Source: Gammaproteobacteria bacterium
Lineage (GTDB): Bacteria; Pseudomonadota; Gammaproteobacteria; Eutrophobiales; Eutrophobiaceae
Length of the DNA: 64,000 nt
NCBI GenBank assembly: GCA_965221695.1
Contig: OZ244905.1
Span: 2,304,001-2,368,000, forward strand
Reading direction: 5' to 3'
Below, one piece after another: positions 9,646-21,282 of the stretch. The notes below the pieces were generated by a model. The model was not told the DNA's origin, ran no database searches, and was given only the letters and a program-made list of their open reading frames with translations. The stretch's first letter is position 1. Each line of letters begins with the position of its first letter. The position numbers and the translations under genes were made by a program.

Positions 9646-11637
9646 TCAGACTTCCTGAACCAGTTGTATCAGCCCCTCCGTATTGATGCCGAAATGCTCG
9701 AACACGGCGTTGCCGGGTGCCGACTCGCCGAAGGTCGGGACACCAAGTATCCTGCCTTCGAGGCCGACGTACTTGCGCCAGTAATCTGGTATGCCGGCTT
9801 CGACGGCAATGCGCCGCCGGCAGGTTGGGGGCAATACCTGTTCGCGGTACGCTTGCGGTTGGTTATCGAACGCATCGGTCGAGGGCATTGAAACGACCCG
9901 CACGCGCTGACCGCCGGCGTTCAGTTGTTGCGCTGCCTCCGCGGCAATCGCAACTTCCGAACCGGTGGCGATGATGATGATTTCCGCTTCGCCTTCCGGT
10001 TCCACCAGGATGTAGGCGCCACGCTCGATCGCCGCGACCTGTTCAGCGGTTCTGTCCAGCACGGGCAAGGATTGCCGCGACAGCAACAGGGAGGTGGGCC
10101 GGTTCCGGTTTTCCAGCGCGGCTTTCCAGGCGATCGCGGTTTCAACCGCGTCACAAGGGCGCCAGACCGACATGTTCGGGATCAGGCGCAGGGTCGCCGC
10201 CTGTTCCACTGCCTGGTGGGTCGGGCCGTCTTCGCCAAGGCCGATTGAATCATGGGTCAGCACAAAGATATTGCGCTGCTTCATCAGCGCCGCCATGCGC
10301 AGCGCATTGCGGGCGTATTCGGTAAAGATGAGGAAGGTCCCGCCATAGGGGATAAAGCCGCCATGCAAGGCCAGGCCGTTATTGATCGCGGCCATCGCAA
10401 ATTCCCGCACGCCGTAATACAGATAGTTGCCGGCAGCCGCTGAATCGCTGATCACACTGGAATCCTGCCGCAGCGTGAGGTTGGAACCGGTCAGGTCCGC
10501 GGACCCGCCGATGAGTTCCGGCAAGGCCGGGCCATACGCATTCAGGGCGTTCTGTGATGCCTTGCGCGAGGCGATGGTTTCCGCTTTTTGCCGGGTAGTC
10601 TCGATATACGCCTGGCTGGTTTTCTGCCAGTTCTCCGGCAGGTCGCCCTTGACCCGGCGCATGAACTCGGCGGCGTCTTGCGGATACTGTTTGGCATAGG
10701 CTGAAAATTTCTCATTCCATTCATTTTCGAACTGTGCACCCCGTTGCCGGGCATCCCAACCCTGGTAAATTTTCGCGGGAATCTCAAATTCCGGCCAAGG
10801 CCAGCCGATGGCTTCCCGCGCCAGCGTGATTTCGTCCGCGCCCAGGGGGGCGCCGTGGCTGGACGCCTTGCCCTGCTTGTTGGGTGAACCCTGGCCAATA
10901 ATGGTAGTACAGCATAGCAGGCTGGGTTTGTCGTTAGTCGCCCGTGCTTCTCTGATGGCCTGGCCGACAGCGTGCGGGTCATGGCCGTCAATATCGGGGA
11001 TGACATGCCAGCGGTAAGCGTCGAAACGCTTTGGCACATCTTCGGTGAACCAGCCTTGCACCTCGCCGTCAATCGAAATGCCGTTGCTGTCATAGATGAC
11101 GATGAGCTTACCCAGGCCCAGGGTGCCTGCCAGCGAACAGGCTTCATGGGAGATCCCTTCCATAAGACAGCCGTCGCCCGCGGACGCGTAGGTGTAATGA
11201 TTAACGATATCCAGTTCGCCGCGATTGAATTGCGCAGCCAGGACGCGTTCGGCAATGGCCATGCCGACGGCATTGGCAAGGCCCTGGCCCAGGGGTCCGG
11301 TCGTGGTCTCGATCCCGGGGGTATAGCCGTACTCGGGGTGGCCGGGCGTTTTCGAATGAAGTTGGCGAAAATTCTGCAATTCCTCAATGGGCAGGTCGTA
11401 GCCGGTAAGATGCAGGATAGAATACAACAGCATGGAACCGTGACCATTGGACATGACGAAACGATCCCGATCCACCCAGCCGGGATTGGCCGGGTTGTGC
11501 CTGAGGAAATCATTCCACAGCACCTCGGCAATGTCCGCCATGCCCATCGGCGCCCCGGGATGCCCGGAATTGGCGCGCTGAACCGCATCCATACTCAATG
11601 CACGAATCGCATTGGCAAGCTGGCGTCTGGAAGAAAT
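9646..11637 (-). CDS. tkt: Transketolase (apparent ATT start at 11637)
   Basis: [54 protein letters not shown]; AGGAG lies 7 nt before the ATT. Confidence 0.95.
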   Translation of the reverse strand: MSSRRQLANAIRALSMDAVQRANSGHPGAPMGMADIAEVLWNDFLRHNPANPGWVDRDRFVMSNGHGSMLLYSILHLTGYDLPIEELQNFRQLHSKTPGHPEYGYTPGIETTTGPLGQGLANAVGMAIAERVLAAQFNRGELDIVNHYTYASAGDGCLMEGISHEACSLAGTLGLGKLIVIYDSNGISIDGEVQGWFTEDVPKRFDAYRWHVIPDIDGHDPHAVGQAIREARATNDKPSLLCCTTIIGQGSPNKQGKASSHGAPLGADEITLAREAIGWPWPEFEIPAKIYQGWDARQRGAQFENEWNEKFSAYAKQYPQDAAEFMRRVKGDLPENWQKTSQAYIETTRQKAETIASRKASQNALNAYGPALPELIGGSADLTGSNLTLRQDSSVISDSAAAGNYLYYGVREFAMAAINNGLALHGGFIPYGGTFLIFTEYARNALRMAALMKQRNIFVLTHDSIGLGEDGPTHQAVEQAATLRLIPNMSVWRPCDAVETAIAWKAALENRNRPTSLLLSRQSLPVLDRTAEQVAAIERGAYILVEPEGEAEIIIIATGSEVAIAAEAAQQLNAGGQRVRVVSMPSTDAFDNQPQAYREQVLPPTCRRRIAVEAGIPDYWRKYVGLEGRILGVPTFGESAPGNAVFEHFGINTEGLIQLVQEV

Positions 11638-11947
11638 GGTTACTCTCCTAACAGATTGAGTCGGACAACACTGGTATGAGAAAAGAAGCGAGTCCCTTTC
11701 CATTCAAATTATCTGTCCGGTAATATATCATACTATTCACCCAACGGCGATATGCTGTCAGCCGCAGATACCAAGGAATCTCTGGTTGAGTTCAGAGCTT
11801 TCTTGCGATAAAGGGATGTATCGCGATGTTCAATGACTGAAAGATATTGAACATGAGAGCACAACAATAATCGCATTTTTTGTTGTGCGTGCTCTGACAA
11901 GTGCAGGATGGACTTTTTTAGAGCTTCCTTAACTTTAAGACAGGATC

Positions 11948-13495
11948 ATGAACGGAGCGGAAAGCCTTTTACGAACCCTGGTCAATAACGGCATCACCAC
12001 TTGCTTTACGAACCCGGGCACATCGGAGATGCAGTTTGTTGCAGCCGCGGATCGTGTGCCCGATATGCATTGTGTGCTGTGCCTGGCAGAGGGGGTCGCG
12101 TCAGGCGCGGCAGACGGTTACTCGAGGATGTCCGAGAGTTTGCCGGCGACGTTATTCCATCTCGGTCCCGGTCTTGCCAACGGCCTGGCAAATCTACACA
12201 ACGCAATGCGTGCCGGCGCGCCCATCGTCAACGTAGTCGGCGACCATGCAACCAGCCATAAACAGTATGACGCGCCGCTGGCATCGGATGTCGCCGCCTA
12301 TGCGCAACCGGTTTCCGCCTGGATAAAGGAAAGCAAGACCGCCGCAGACATACCGGCGGACGCGGTGGCGGCAATCACCGCGGCGATGCAGCCGCCGGGG
12401 CATGTGGCAACACTGATCATCCCGGCAGACTGTTCCTGGGACCCTTGCCCCGCCGATCCCGGTCAAAAAGCGCTCCGACCTTCCCGCCCCAGGGTAGCAG
12501 ATGACGCGGTGAAGGAAGTAGCGGAGGCGTTGCGCACGGGGGAACCGGCGGCATTGCTGCTGGGAGATCACGCGTTGCTGGAGGACGGAGCCAGGCTCGC
12601 GAGCGTGATCGGCAACCATCTGAATGTCCGGGTGTTTTCCCATACGTTTACGTCTCGCATCAGCCGTGGCGCCGGGCGCGCTAGTATCGAGCGCTTGCCG
12701 TATTTTCCCGAAGCGATTATCGAAACGCTGACGGGCATACGCCACCTCGTTATTGCCGGCACCAAGCCACCGGTCGGTTTCTTTGCCTACCCGAACTTGC
12801 CCAGCTACCTGGTTCCTGAAGACTGCCGGGTGCACCACCTGGCCGCGGCCGGTGACGATGTGGTCGACGCGCTGGCCAGGCTGATCGATGAACTCGGCGC
12901 GGGTGGGGTTTCCCCGATCCTGATGCCCCTGGAAAAACCGCCGCTGCCGGCGGGCAAGTTGTCACCTGAGACCATTGCCGTCAGCGTCGCCGCGCTGATG
13001 CCGGAGAATGCCGTGGTTGCGGAAGAAGCGATCAGTTCAGGCGGGAACCTGATACCCGCCACCGCCACGACCGAACCCCATGACTGGCTGTTCACCACCG
13101 GCGGCGCTATCGGCCAGGGTCTGCCCAATGCCACCGGCGCGGCGTTGGCCTGTCCGGATCGCAAGGTGCTGTGCATACAAGCGGACGGCAGCGGCATGTA
13201 CTCCCTGCAAGCGTTGTGGACCCAGGCCCGCGAATCGCTGGATGTTACCACCGTTGTCCTGGCCAACCGGAAATACCGCATCCTGAATATTGAATACCAA
13301 CGGGTCGGCGCCGGCGCACCGGGCGCCAAGGCCCGCTCCATGATGGATATAGATAACCCAACCCTGGACTGGGTCAGCCTGGCAAAAGGTATGGGCGTTC
13401 CCGCCTGCCAGGTAACGACCACTGAGGAATTGAACCGGCAACTGGCCGCCTACCTGGCGGAACCGGGCCCGAATTTGATCGAAGCGGTGATTTGA
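11948..13495 (+). CDS. Thiamine-diphosphate-dependent enzyme, acetolactate synthase large subunit-like
   Basis: FTNPGTSEM, LHLGPGLANG-type motif (FHLGPGLANG), QADGSGMY..NRKY ThDP motif. Confidence 0.88.
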   Translation: MNGAESLLRTLVNNGITTCFTNPGTSEMQFVAAADRVPDMHCVLCLAEGVASGAADGYSRMSESLPATLFHLGPGLANGLANLHNAMRAGAPIVNVVGDHATSHKQYDAPLASDVAAYAQPVSAWIKESKTAADIPADAVAAITAAMQPPGHVATLIIPADCSWDPCPADPGQKALRPSRPRVADDAVKEVAEALRTGEPAALLLGDHALLEDGARLASVIGNHLNVRVFSHTFTSRISRGAGRASIERLPYFPEAIIETLTGIRHLVIAGTKPPVGFFAYPNLPSYLVPEDCRVHHLAAAGDDVVDALARLIDELGAGGVSPILMPLEKPPLPAGKLSPETIAVSVAALMPENAVVAEEAISSGGNLIPATATTEPHDWLFTTGGAIGQGLPNATGAALACPDRKVLCIQADGSGMYSLQALWTQARESLDVTTVVLANRKYRILNIEYQRVGAGAPGAKARSMMDIDNPTLDWVSLAKGMGVPACQVTTTEELNRQLAAYLAEPGPNLIEAVI

Positions 13496-13500
13496 GGACT

Positions 13501-13746
13501 AAAGAGTCGCCCTTCGGGCGACAAAGTATTGGACTGGACTCCCGCTTCCGTGGGAGTGGTACGGTGGCAGGGTTCGCGCAAGCGCCCCCCATCCCATTCC
13601 CGTGCAAACGGGAATCCAGTGAGACAATGGGTCGCCCTGGGGCGACACAGAATTATACTGGACTCCCGCTTCCGCGGGAGTGGTTCGGAGAAGGGGTTCG
13701 CGCAAGCGCCCCCGTCCCATTCCCGCGAAAGCGGGAATCCAGTGAG
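13501..13746. repeat. REP-doublet cluster (~2 units)
   Basis: GTCGCCCTTCGGGCGAC / CTGGACTCCCG..GGGAGTGG / CCATTCCCG..CGGGAATCCAG repeated between convergent genes. Confidence 0.9.
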
Positions 13747-13810
13747 CAGACCTTCCTTATAGAGCAGATCCACCGGACTCCCATTGTTGTAGTAATGCTA
13801 GCGCCGGCGC

Positions 13811-14719
13811 TCAGACATGCTCCGTGCGGCTTACGTAACTGTGGCGCACGATGTAGATGCCGCTGCCAACGATGATGATGATCCCGGTCCAGGTATACGG
13901 GTCCGGGAGTTCCTGCCAGATGGTGTAGCCGGCGATGATGGTCCAGATCATGCGCAGGTAATCCAACGGCGCCATTACCGCTGGCCGCGCCAGGCGTAAC
14001 GCCTCTATGTAACAGCCCAGCGCTGCGGTTTGTGATACCCCCAGGATGGCGAATAGTAGCCAGTCCCCGGTTGACGGAACCGTCCAGTAGACCAGGGTCG
14101 GATAGCTGAACATGATGAGTCCGGCAACCGGCAGGTAGAAATTCAGCGACCAGCCGGTTTCGGTCGTGGACAGGTAGCGCGCGCTGGTCAGCATCAGGCT
14201 GATCAGGAAAGACATAAACAAGGTCGTCAGGTGTGCGATATGGAAGTGATCCGGGGTCGGCCGCAATACGAACAATACGCCGATGAAACCCAGTGTTATC
14301 GCAAACCAGCTCTGTTTCGCAACTTTTTCCTTCAACAACCAGGGAGAAAACAGGGCGACGAAAAAAGGAACAGAAAAGGTCAACGCCACGAACTCGGCCA
14401 GGGGAATGTGTTTCAGGCCGTAGAATATGCCCAATACCATGCCGCTGCTGACAATGCTGCGCGCTGCGTGCCATGCCGGACGCCGGGTCTTCAACTGGCC
14501 CAGGCTGGACGTGGCGGCAGCGGCACAGAGCAGCACGCAGATACCGACCGCGCTACGCATCCAGGTCACCTGCACGACCGGATAGATTGCCGTCAACCAT
14601 TTGCCGATGACGTCGGAAAGGCAGAAAAAGACCGTCGCCAGGAGCATGAAAACGGCCGCCAGGAAGGGCCGGTGCTGACGTTCGATAGCTGTCCCGGAAC
14701 CCGGGCCGGGATTAGTCAC
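13811..14719 (-). CDS. DMT/EamA family transporter
   Basis: About 10 hydrophobic helices, LLKEKV, APLDYLRMIW. Confidence 0.9.
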   Translation of the reverse strand: MTNPGPGSGTAIERQHRPFLAAVFMLLATVFFCLSDVIGKWLTAIYPVVQVTWMRSAVGICVLLCAAAATSSLGQLKTRRPAWHAARSIVSSGMVLGIFYGLKHIPLAEFVALTFSVPFFVALFSPWLLKEKVAKQSWFAITLGFIGVLFVLRPTPDHFHIAHLTTLFMSFLISLMLTSARYLSTTETGWSLNFYLPVAGLIMFSYPTLVYWTVPSTGDWLLFAILGVSQTAALGCYIEALRLARPAVMAPLDYLRMIWTIIAGYTIWQELPDPYTWTGIIIIVGSGIYIVRHSYVSRTEHV

Positions 14720-14727
14720 AGGTTTTC

Positions 14728-15672
14728 CTAATCGAGCTTATCCAGTTCGGCAGAAAGCGCCGGCAGGGCCTGGAACAGGTCCGCGACCAGGCCGTAGTCG
14801 GCGACCTCGAATATTGGCGCTTCCTCATCCTTGTTGATGGCAACGATCACCTTGCTTTCTTTCATGCCGGCCAGGTGTTGGATGGCGCCGGATATGCCTA
14901 TCGCGATATACAGGTCGGGCGCGACGATCTTGCCGGTCTGGCCCACCTGGTAATCATTCGAGACGTAGCCCGCATCGACCGCGGCGCGTGATGCGCCGAT
15001 GGCTGCCCCAAGTTTGTCTGCCACTTCCTCAAGCATGCGAAAGTTCTCGCCGCTGCCGAAACCGCGCCCGCCAGAGAGGATGATTTTGGCGCTGGTAAGC
15101 TCGGGACGTTCCGATTCCGGGCTCTCCAGGCTGACGAAGCCGGACAGACCGGCCGGCTCGGGCATGTTGGCGACGCTCTCGACGCCCGCCGAACCGCCCT
15201 CAGCGCCTACCGCGTCAAAATTGGTGGCGCGCACGGTAATGATTTTGACGGCATCATTACTCTTCACCGTGGCCAATGCATTGCCGGCATAGATGGGGCG
15301 CACGAACGTGTCGGCAGAATCTATCTGGACGATGTCCGCGATCATGTTCACGTCAAGCAGCGCCGCCACCCGCGGCATCAGATTTTTACCGAATGTGTTT
15401 GCCGGCGCCAGGACATGCGTCATGCCTTCACAGCAGACCGCCACCAAAGGCGCCAGCTCCTCGGCCAGTCCGTGTTCATAGTGCGGCGCATCGGCGTGCA
15501 ACACCCGGTTGACCCCGGCGATAACCGCGCCGGCATCAGCGGCCGCCCTGCAATTGCTGCCTGCCACAAGCAGTGTTATCTCTCCGCCCAGTTGCGCGGC
15601 TGCGCCCAAGGTATTCAGCGTGGCGCCCCTGATCGCGTTGTTGTCGTGTTCAGCAATAACCAGGATACCCAT
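14728..15672 (-). CDS. etfA: Electron transfer flavoprotein alpha subunit
   Basis: [32 protein letters not shown]. Confidence 0.96.
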   Translation of the reverse strand: MGILVIAEHDNNAIRGATLNTLGAAAQLGGEITLLVAGSNCRAAADAGAVIAGVNRVLHADAPHYEHGLAEELAPLVAVCCEGMTHVLAPANTFGKNLMPRVAALLDVNMIADIVQIDSADTFVRPIYAGNALATVKSNDAVKIITVRATNFDAVGAEGGSAGVESVANMPEPAGLSGFVSLESPESERPELTSAKIILSGGRGFGSGENFRMLEEVADKLGAAIGASRAAVDAGYVSNDYQVGQTGKIVAPDLYIAIGISGAIQHLAGMKESKVIVAINKDEEAPIFEVADYGLVADLFQALPALSAELDKLD

Positions 15673-15673
15673 C

Positions 15674-16423
15674 TCAAATCACCCTCGCTTCGTTATGCAG
15701 TTTATCGACCAGTTCCTGCACATCCGCGACCCTGATTCCCGCTGAGCGGCCCGGAGGATCTGCGACATGGAGAACCTCTATGCTGGGGGTCACATCTATG
15801 CCCAGCTCATCGGGTGTCATCACGTCAAGCGGTTTTTTCTTGGCTTTCATAATGTTCGGCAGTTTCACGTACCTGGGTTCATTCAAACGCAGGTCGGTGG
15901 TAACAACAGCCGGCAGGCTTACATCCACCGTCTCCAGTCCGTCATCCACCTCGCGCGCAACCCGCAGTCCTTCGCCGCTGAACTCAATGCTGGATGCAAA
16001 CGTGGCCTGGGGCCAGCCGAGCAAGGCCGACACCATCTGCCCGGTCTGGTTGTTATCGTCGTCAATGGCCTGTTTCCCGGTAATGATAAGTCCCGGCCGT
16101 TCTTTCTCGGCGATTGCTTTGAGCAGTTTGGCAATCGCCAGGGGCTGCGTTGCCACATCCGTCTCGACCAATATTGCCCGGTCGGCGCCCATCGCCAGCG
16201 CGGTGCGCAGAATATCCTGACACTGGCGCCCGCCGATGGTCACAACAACGATTTCATCTGCCTTACCGGCTTCCACAATTCGCACCGCCTCTTCCACCGC
16301 GATCTCACAGAACGGGTTCATGGACATCTTTACGTTGGCCGTTTCCACGCCACTGCCGTCTTTTTTCACCCGCACACGAACGTTGTAATCGACCACGCGT
16401 TTAATGGGCACCAGAATTTTCAT
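15674..16423 (-). CDS. etfB: Electron transfer flavoprotein beta subunit
   Basis: [29 protein letters not shown]. Confidence 0.96.
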   Translation of the reverse strand: MKILVPIKRVVDYNVRVRVKKDGSGVETANVKMSMNPFCEIAVEEAVRIVEAGKADEIVVVTIGGRQCQDILRTALAMGADRAILVETDVATQPLAIAKLLKAIAEKERPGLIITGKQAIDDDNNQTGQMVSALLGWPQATFASSIEFSGEGLRVAREVDDGLETVDVSLPAVVTTDLRLNEPRYVKLPNIMKAKKKPLDVMTPDELGIDVTPSIEVLHVADPPGRSAGIRVADVQELVDKLHNEARVI

Positions 16424-16594
16424 GCTTGCTCTCTTTATTGAAATTGACTTGGAATGCGCAGCGCGCTGACAACTTATGAGCCTGTCCCGTTGATACGGAA
16501 GCGGACTTGTTCAGAGTTTCTCTATAAAAGAGAATAAGGATACATGGGGAGTTCCTTGGACACAATATTTAATTCAGGCCGACTCCCGGCGTTA

Positions 16595-16938
16595 CCCATT
16601 CCCGCGTAAGCGGGAATCCAGTGAGACAAAGGGTCGTCCTGCGGACGACACAGTATTCGACTGGACTCCCGCTTCCGCGGGAGTGGAAAGGTGGCGATGT
16701 TCACGCAAGCACCCCCCCATCCCATTCCCGTGAAAACGGGAATCCAGTGAGACAAGGGGTCGCCCTTCGGGCGACACAGTATTTAACTGGACTCCCACTT
16801 CCGCGGGAGTGGTAAGGTGGCGATGTTCACGGAAGTACCCCCATCCCATTCCCGTGGAAACGGGAATCCAGTGAGACAAAGGGTCGCCCTTCGGGCGACA
16901 CAATATTCGACTGGACTCCCGCTTCCGCGGGAGTGGTA
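16595..16938. repeat. REP-doublet cluster (3 tandem units, ~125-bp period)
   Basis: Units begin near 16595, 16721 and 16845. Confidence 0.9.
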
Positions 16939-17023
16939 TTGTAGCGGTGTGCACGGAAGCGCCCTGATCATAAGGGTTTGGAGTACAATGCAGCACGGGA
17001 CATCTATTCGTGAGAATCACAGC

Positions 17024-18058
17024 ATGACCATCGAATTCGGAATTTTTGACCACCTGGACCTGCGTGCTGAGCCGTTGCACAAGACTTACACTGAGCGGAT
17101 CAGAATAGCCCAGGCGGCGGAGGCTGCGGGTTTCAGAGGCTATCACCTGGCGGAGCACCATAGCACGCCTCTGGGCGCGGCGCCATCGCCCGGAATTTTC
17201 CTGGCGGCGTTGGCGCAGGCAACATCCAACATACGCATCGGCCCCCTGGTGTACCTTGTTCCACTTTATATTCCGCTACGGCTTATTGAAGAGATTTGTA
17301 TGCTGGACCATCTCAGCAACGGTCGCCTGGAAGTCGGTCTGGGTCGCGGCGTGTCGCCGATAGAGGTGGCGTTCTTCGGTGTTGAGCCGGATGCCGCCAC
17401 AGACATGTTCATTGAGGGGGTGGACTTGATCATCCAGGGATTGAGCTGCTCAAGGTTGACTTATAAAGGCAAGCATTACCGGTACGAAAACGTGCCCATG
17501 GTTTTGCAAACAGTACAGTCGCCGCTGCCACTGTGGAGTGCGTCGATGTCGCCCCAGGGCCAGGCTGAAGCCGCCAAACGGGGCATGCACACGATTTCTC
17601 TTGGGTCTACTGAGGTTATTCGCCAGACCAGCGAGAACTACCGGGCAGAGTGGCACGCGAACAAGGACGATCCCTTGCGTCCTGCCGGTGTGCCCACAGA
17701 ACCGTTTGTGGGGGCCTGGCGCATGTTATACGTGCATCAGGATGAACGCAAAGCGGAGGCAGTAGCGCGTCAGGCCTATAACGACTGGTTCGCGAAGCTG
17801 CACAAGTTATGGGTCGAAAACAATGTTGAGGCGCCGCACCTGGGCCCGATTTCCCGTTTTGAAACGGCCGAGGAAATTGGCATGATCGTGCACGGCAGCG
17901 CGTCCAGGGTGGCGGATGCCCTGGCGCGGCAGGTGGAGGTCACCGGTGTAAATTACCTGGCGCTGCAACCTGCATTCGGTGACATCGGGCACGACGAGGA
18001 GATGCGCTCGCTGGCGCGGTTTGCGGACCAGGTGATGCCGCAGTTGACAAGTCTCTGA
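17024..18058 (+). CDS. LLM-class (luciferase-like) flavin-dependent oxidoreductase
   Basis: MTIEFGIFDH, LAEHH, LDHLSNGRLEVGLGRG; the longer ORF call extends into the repeat cluster. Confidence 0.92.
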   Translation: MTIEFGIFDHLDLRAEPLHKTYTERIRIAQAAEAAGFRGYHLAEHHSTPLGAAPSPGIFLAALAQATSNIRIGPLVYLVPLYIPLRLIEEICMLDHLSNGRLEVGLGRGVSPIEVAFFGVEPDAATDMFIEGVDLIIQGLSCSRLTYKGKHYRYENVPMVLQTVQSPLPLWSASMSPQGQAEAAKRGMHTISLGSTEVIRQTSENYRAEWHANKDDPLRPAGVPTEPFVGAWRMLYVHQDERKAEAVARQAYNDWFAKLHKLWVENNVEAPHLGPISRFETAEEIGMIVHGSASRVADALARQVEVTGVNYLALQPAFGDIGHDEEMRSLARFADQVMPQLTSL

Positions 18059-18073
18059 ATGGATAACCGCCTG

Positions 18074-18104
18074 ACACAACGCCACGGCCGTTGTGGCGTT
18101 GTGT
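18074..18104. terminator. Hairpin between convergent genes (possible terminator)
   Basis: ACACAACGCCAC-7nt-GTGGCGTTGTGT, a perfect 12-bp stem; no U-tract. Confidence 0.5.
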
Positions 18105-18122
18105 ACAGGCCCGTTAAACAGG

Positions 18123-20567
18123 TCAGAAGTCGTAGCGCAGGTTCACCCCGTAGAAGGCCTTGCCGCCGTTGGGGTTGCGGCACTCCGCCATGTAATTGAG
18201 CGAGCCGTTCAATTCTACGCTGCCGCAGGTTTTCTCGGCGGTGATATTGTCTATCCAGAAGGCAACTTGGTATTGCTGTTCGCCGCCGAATTCGTAGGTC
18301 GCCCGGGCGTTCCACTGCCAACTGTCGTTGATGGTGGTTATCCTTGAACCGCTGGAGGCGCCGTTACGCTCATCCATCCAGTGAATGTTGGTTTGCAGGG
18401 AGACCAGGCCATTGCCAACGGGGAAGGTCTTGATGATAAGGCCCGTCAGACTCCACTCCGGGGAATGCGGCAGGGGCGCGCCCTCAACCGGTGTCACCAG
18501 GGTGCCGGCGTCCTTGATCTCGGTGTCCAGCCAGCCCACGCCCGCCTGGATATACAAGCTGTCCGTCGGCGTCCACTTGATGTCGATCTCTGCGCCTATC
18601 AGCTCGCTTTCCGGGATGTTCAGAAAGGCTACACGGCCAAGATTGTCCACGTCAAAAACCTGCAAGTCGTCCCATTGGTAGAAAAAGACTGCGCCGTTAA
18701 GGTCCAGCGCGCCATCGGCAAGGGTTGACTTAACGCCAACTTCATAAGCGTCGAGAAATTCCGCTTCCGTCGGTTGGTCGGCTGTTCCCTGGAAGGCCGC
18801 CAGCGCGCGGGTGTCGAAAGCGCCTGATTTGAAACCGCGGGAGTAACTGGCATAACCCATGATGTCATCGGTGAAACGATAGTCTATCCCGGCTTTGCCG
18901 CCCCATTCGGTCAGTACCTGTTTGACGGGGATGTCGGAACGGCAAGGCAGGCCTCCCACCGGCGGCGGACAAGGCCGGCTGCCGTCGGCGGCCGCAAGCG
19001 TGATCTGGTCGAACATGTCCAGGTCGATATAGGTGCTGAGGCCCAAAGGCGCGCCCACAGGCGTACCGTTGTCGGTCTTGGCCGCGACGCGGGCGGCGCT
19101 GTTGCCGGTCTTGCGGTCGTCGGTGTAACGCAAGCCCAGCGTAAGTGTCGCCTTATCCGTAAAATCGTATTCAACCTGCCCATAGCCTGACCAGACATCC
19201 ACCTCCTGGTCGATCGCGATGGAGGGAACAATGCCGAACGGCGCGCCGCCGCTGTCTGTCCGATAAATAATCGTGGCCAGGCGGCTGTCGTCATTGGAAT
19301 AGTACCCGCCGGCGATCCAACGAAAAGCGCCGTCATTCGCGGAAGTTAAACGAATTTCCTGGGAAAACACCTCGGTATGCCCGCTTTGTCCCGGCATGAA
19401 ACCCTGGCCGGTTGAAATACCGCTGAGCGTCTGGTTGTATTCCACCGTCATTTGATCATACGCGGTGATGGAAACGATGCTCATGTTGTCCAGTTCATGG
19501 GTGACCCGCAAAAAGCCGCCTTCGAAATTCACATCCGCCCGGTCCGATGCGCCGTCCTGTACGTTGCGCCAGCCATCCAGCGTCGGACTTTCCGTTTGGC
19601 CGCCGGTAAAAGGGAGTACCGTCAGGCAGTCGCTGGCGCCTTTGAACTGGCTGGAACCGCCCCTGAGTACGCTCGGACAGTCGATGGGCGCGCCGGCGAG
19701 CGCCGCCGGCGTGGCGACGCCATCCACGACATTGGGGCCGTCTGGGTCCCAATAACCGATGGCCTTGCTGGGAACACGACCACTTCGATTGTAACCGACA
19801 TGGCCGTTAACAAGGATTTCAGTCCTGTCACTGATATCAACCAGGAGTTGCACGCGTCCGGAACTGCGTTCTATATCGCCCATTTTCTTGCCGTTGAAGG
19901 CGTTATGGAAAATGCCGTCGCGATTCACGGTCTGGCCGGCTATGCGCAGGGCCGCACGATCACCGAACGGTATGTTCAGCGCGCCTTCCACATCAATGCG
20001 CCCTTCATTGCCGATATTGGTAAAGCCATAACCCTCAATGCCGGCGGTGCTGGGTTTGCGCGAGATGTAATTGACTGCGCCGCCCGTCGTGTTGCGACCA
20101 AACAACGTATTCTGAGGACCGCGCAATACCTCTACCCGTTCCATATCGAACAGCCCGAGCTGACTCGTAAACGGGCTGAACAGTGAAACCTCGTCCTGGT
20201 ACTGACCCACCGCGTGCAACCCGGTGATGTGCCAGTTATTGGTGCCGACACCGCGTATGGTTACGCCGGTGTTGATGGAACTGTTGTTCTGCAGACTCAG
20301 GTTCGGAAACAGCGTTACCAGGTCGTCAGTATCCTGTACCCCGAGCGCATCGAGCTGATCGCCAACAATGGCGTTGATCGCGATAGGCACATCCTGCACA
20401 GACTCAGCGCGCTTTTGCGCGGTGACGACCACTTCCTCCAGCCAAATGTTGTCCTGAGCATACGCCGGCGCCGAGGTCAGGGCCACTGTCAGGGTCAGGG
20501 CTACCGAAAGTTGTTTCCCCATTGAATAATTGAGTTTTGATGGTAATGCGGTTAGTGATAGTTTCAT
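18123..20567 (-). CDS. TonB-dependent receptor
   Basis: Signal peptide, LEEVVVTAQKR, VEVLRGPQNTLFGRN..GG, C-terminal YGVNLRYDF. Confidence 0.95.
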   Translation of the reverse strand: MKLSLTALPSKLNYSMGKQLSVALTLTVALTSAPAYAQDNIWLEEVVVTAQKRAESVQDVPIAINAIVGDQLDALGVQDTDDLVTLFPNLSLQNNSSINTGVTIRGVGTNNWHITGLHAVGQYQDEVSLFSPFTSQLGLFDMERVEVLRGPQNTLFGRNTTGGAVNYISRKPSTAGIEGYGFTNIGNEGRIDVEGALNIPFGDRAALRIAGQTVNRDGIFHNAFNGKKMGDIERSSGRVQLLVDISDRTEILVNGHVGYNRSGRVPSKAIGYWDPDGPNVVDGVATPAALAGAPIDCPSVLRGGSSQFKGASDCLTVLPFTGGQTESPTLDGWRNVQDGASDRADVNFEGGFLRVTHELDNMSIVSITAYDQMTVEYNQTLSGISTGQGFMPGQSGHTEVFSQEIRLTSANDGAFRWIAGGYYSNDDSRLATIIYRTDSGGAPFGIVPSIAIDQEVDVWSGYGQVEYDFTDKATLTLGLRYTDDRKTGNSAARVAAKTDNGTPVGAPLGLSTYIDLDMFDQITLAAADGSRPCPPPVGGLPCRSDIPVKQVLTEWGGKAGIDYRFTDDIMGYASYSRGFKSGAFDTRALAAFQGTADQPTEAEFLDAYEVGVKSTLADGALDLNGAVFFYQWDDLQVFDVDNLGRVAFLNIPESELIGAEIDIKWTPTDSLYIQAGVGWLDTEIKDAGTLVTPVEGAPLPHSPEWSLTGLIIKTFPVGNGLVSLQTNIHWMDERNGASSGSRITTINDSWQWNARATYEFGGEQQYQVAFWIDNITAEKTCGSVELNGSLNYMAECRNPNGGKAFYGVNLRYDF

Positions 20568-20688
20568 TGATTATCCCGCCTGTATGATTATGTTTTTTTT
20601 TGGATTGTCAGCTAAAAACGGGCGCATTTTATCATATTCTCGATCGAATTTTTGCTGTGTTAATGTTACTAACAGACCTGCGTCGCAT

Positions 20689-21197
20689 CCCATTCTCGCG
20701 GAAGCGGGAATCCAGTGAGACAAGGGGTCGCCCTTCGGGCGACACAGTATTGTCCTGGACTCCCGTTTGCACGGGAGTGGTACGGTGGCAGGGCACGCGT
20801 GAGTGCTCTCTATCCGATTCCGGCGGAAGCGGGAATCCAGTGAGACAAGGGGTCGCCCTTCGGGCGACACAGTATTGTCCTGGACTCCCGTTTGCACGGG
20901 AGTGGTACGGTGACAGGGCACGCGTGAGTGCTCTCTATCCGCTTCCGGCGGAAGCGGGAATCCAGAGAGACAAAGGGTCGCTCTTCGGACGATACAGTGT
21001 TTGACTGGACTCCCGCTTTCGCGGGAGTGGTACGGTGGCGGGGCACGCGTGAGTGCTCCCTATCCCATTCCCGCGGAAGCGGGAATCCAGTGAGACAAAG
21101 GGTCGCCCTTCGGGCGACACGGTATTAGACTGGACTCCCGTTTGCACGGGAGTGGTACGGTGGTGTGGCGCCCGGTAGCGCCCCCATCCCATTCCGC
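20689..21197. repeat. REP-doublet cluster (4 tandem units plus a partial)
   Basis: Units begin near 20689, 20815, 20939 and 21064, with a partial near 21188. Confidence 0.9.
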
Positions 21198-21282
21198 TGA
21201 TGGTTTATTTTTGTCTATGATCTCATATAATGTGGACTTGATCAGAGCTTCCTTAGGTAATTCTTTGACTATGGGGATATAT

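Noticed and set aside
11638-11703. Extended transketolase N-terminus from ATG 11703
   Set aside because: The extension is non-homologous and lacks an RBS, whereas a good RBS precedes position 11637.
13374-13875. ORFs containing HWIPV/LDSRFRG/PRKRES in the repeat clusters
   Set aside because: These are translations of the REP-doublet repeats; the same pseudo-peptides recur at every cluster.
20689-21197. CRISPR array interpretation of the periodic palindromic clusters (also 13501, 16595, 33242)
   Set aside because: The unit is ~125 bp with three hairpins, the linkers resemble each other rather than being unique spacers, the clusters are dispersed, and no cas genes are present.
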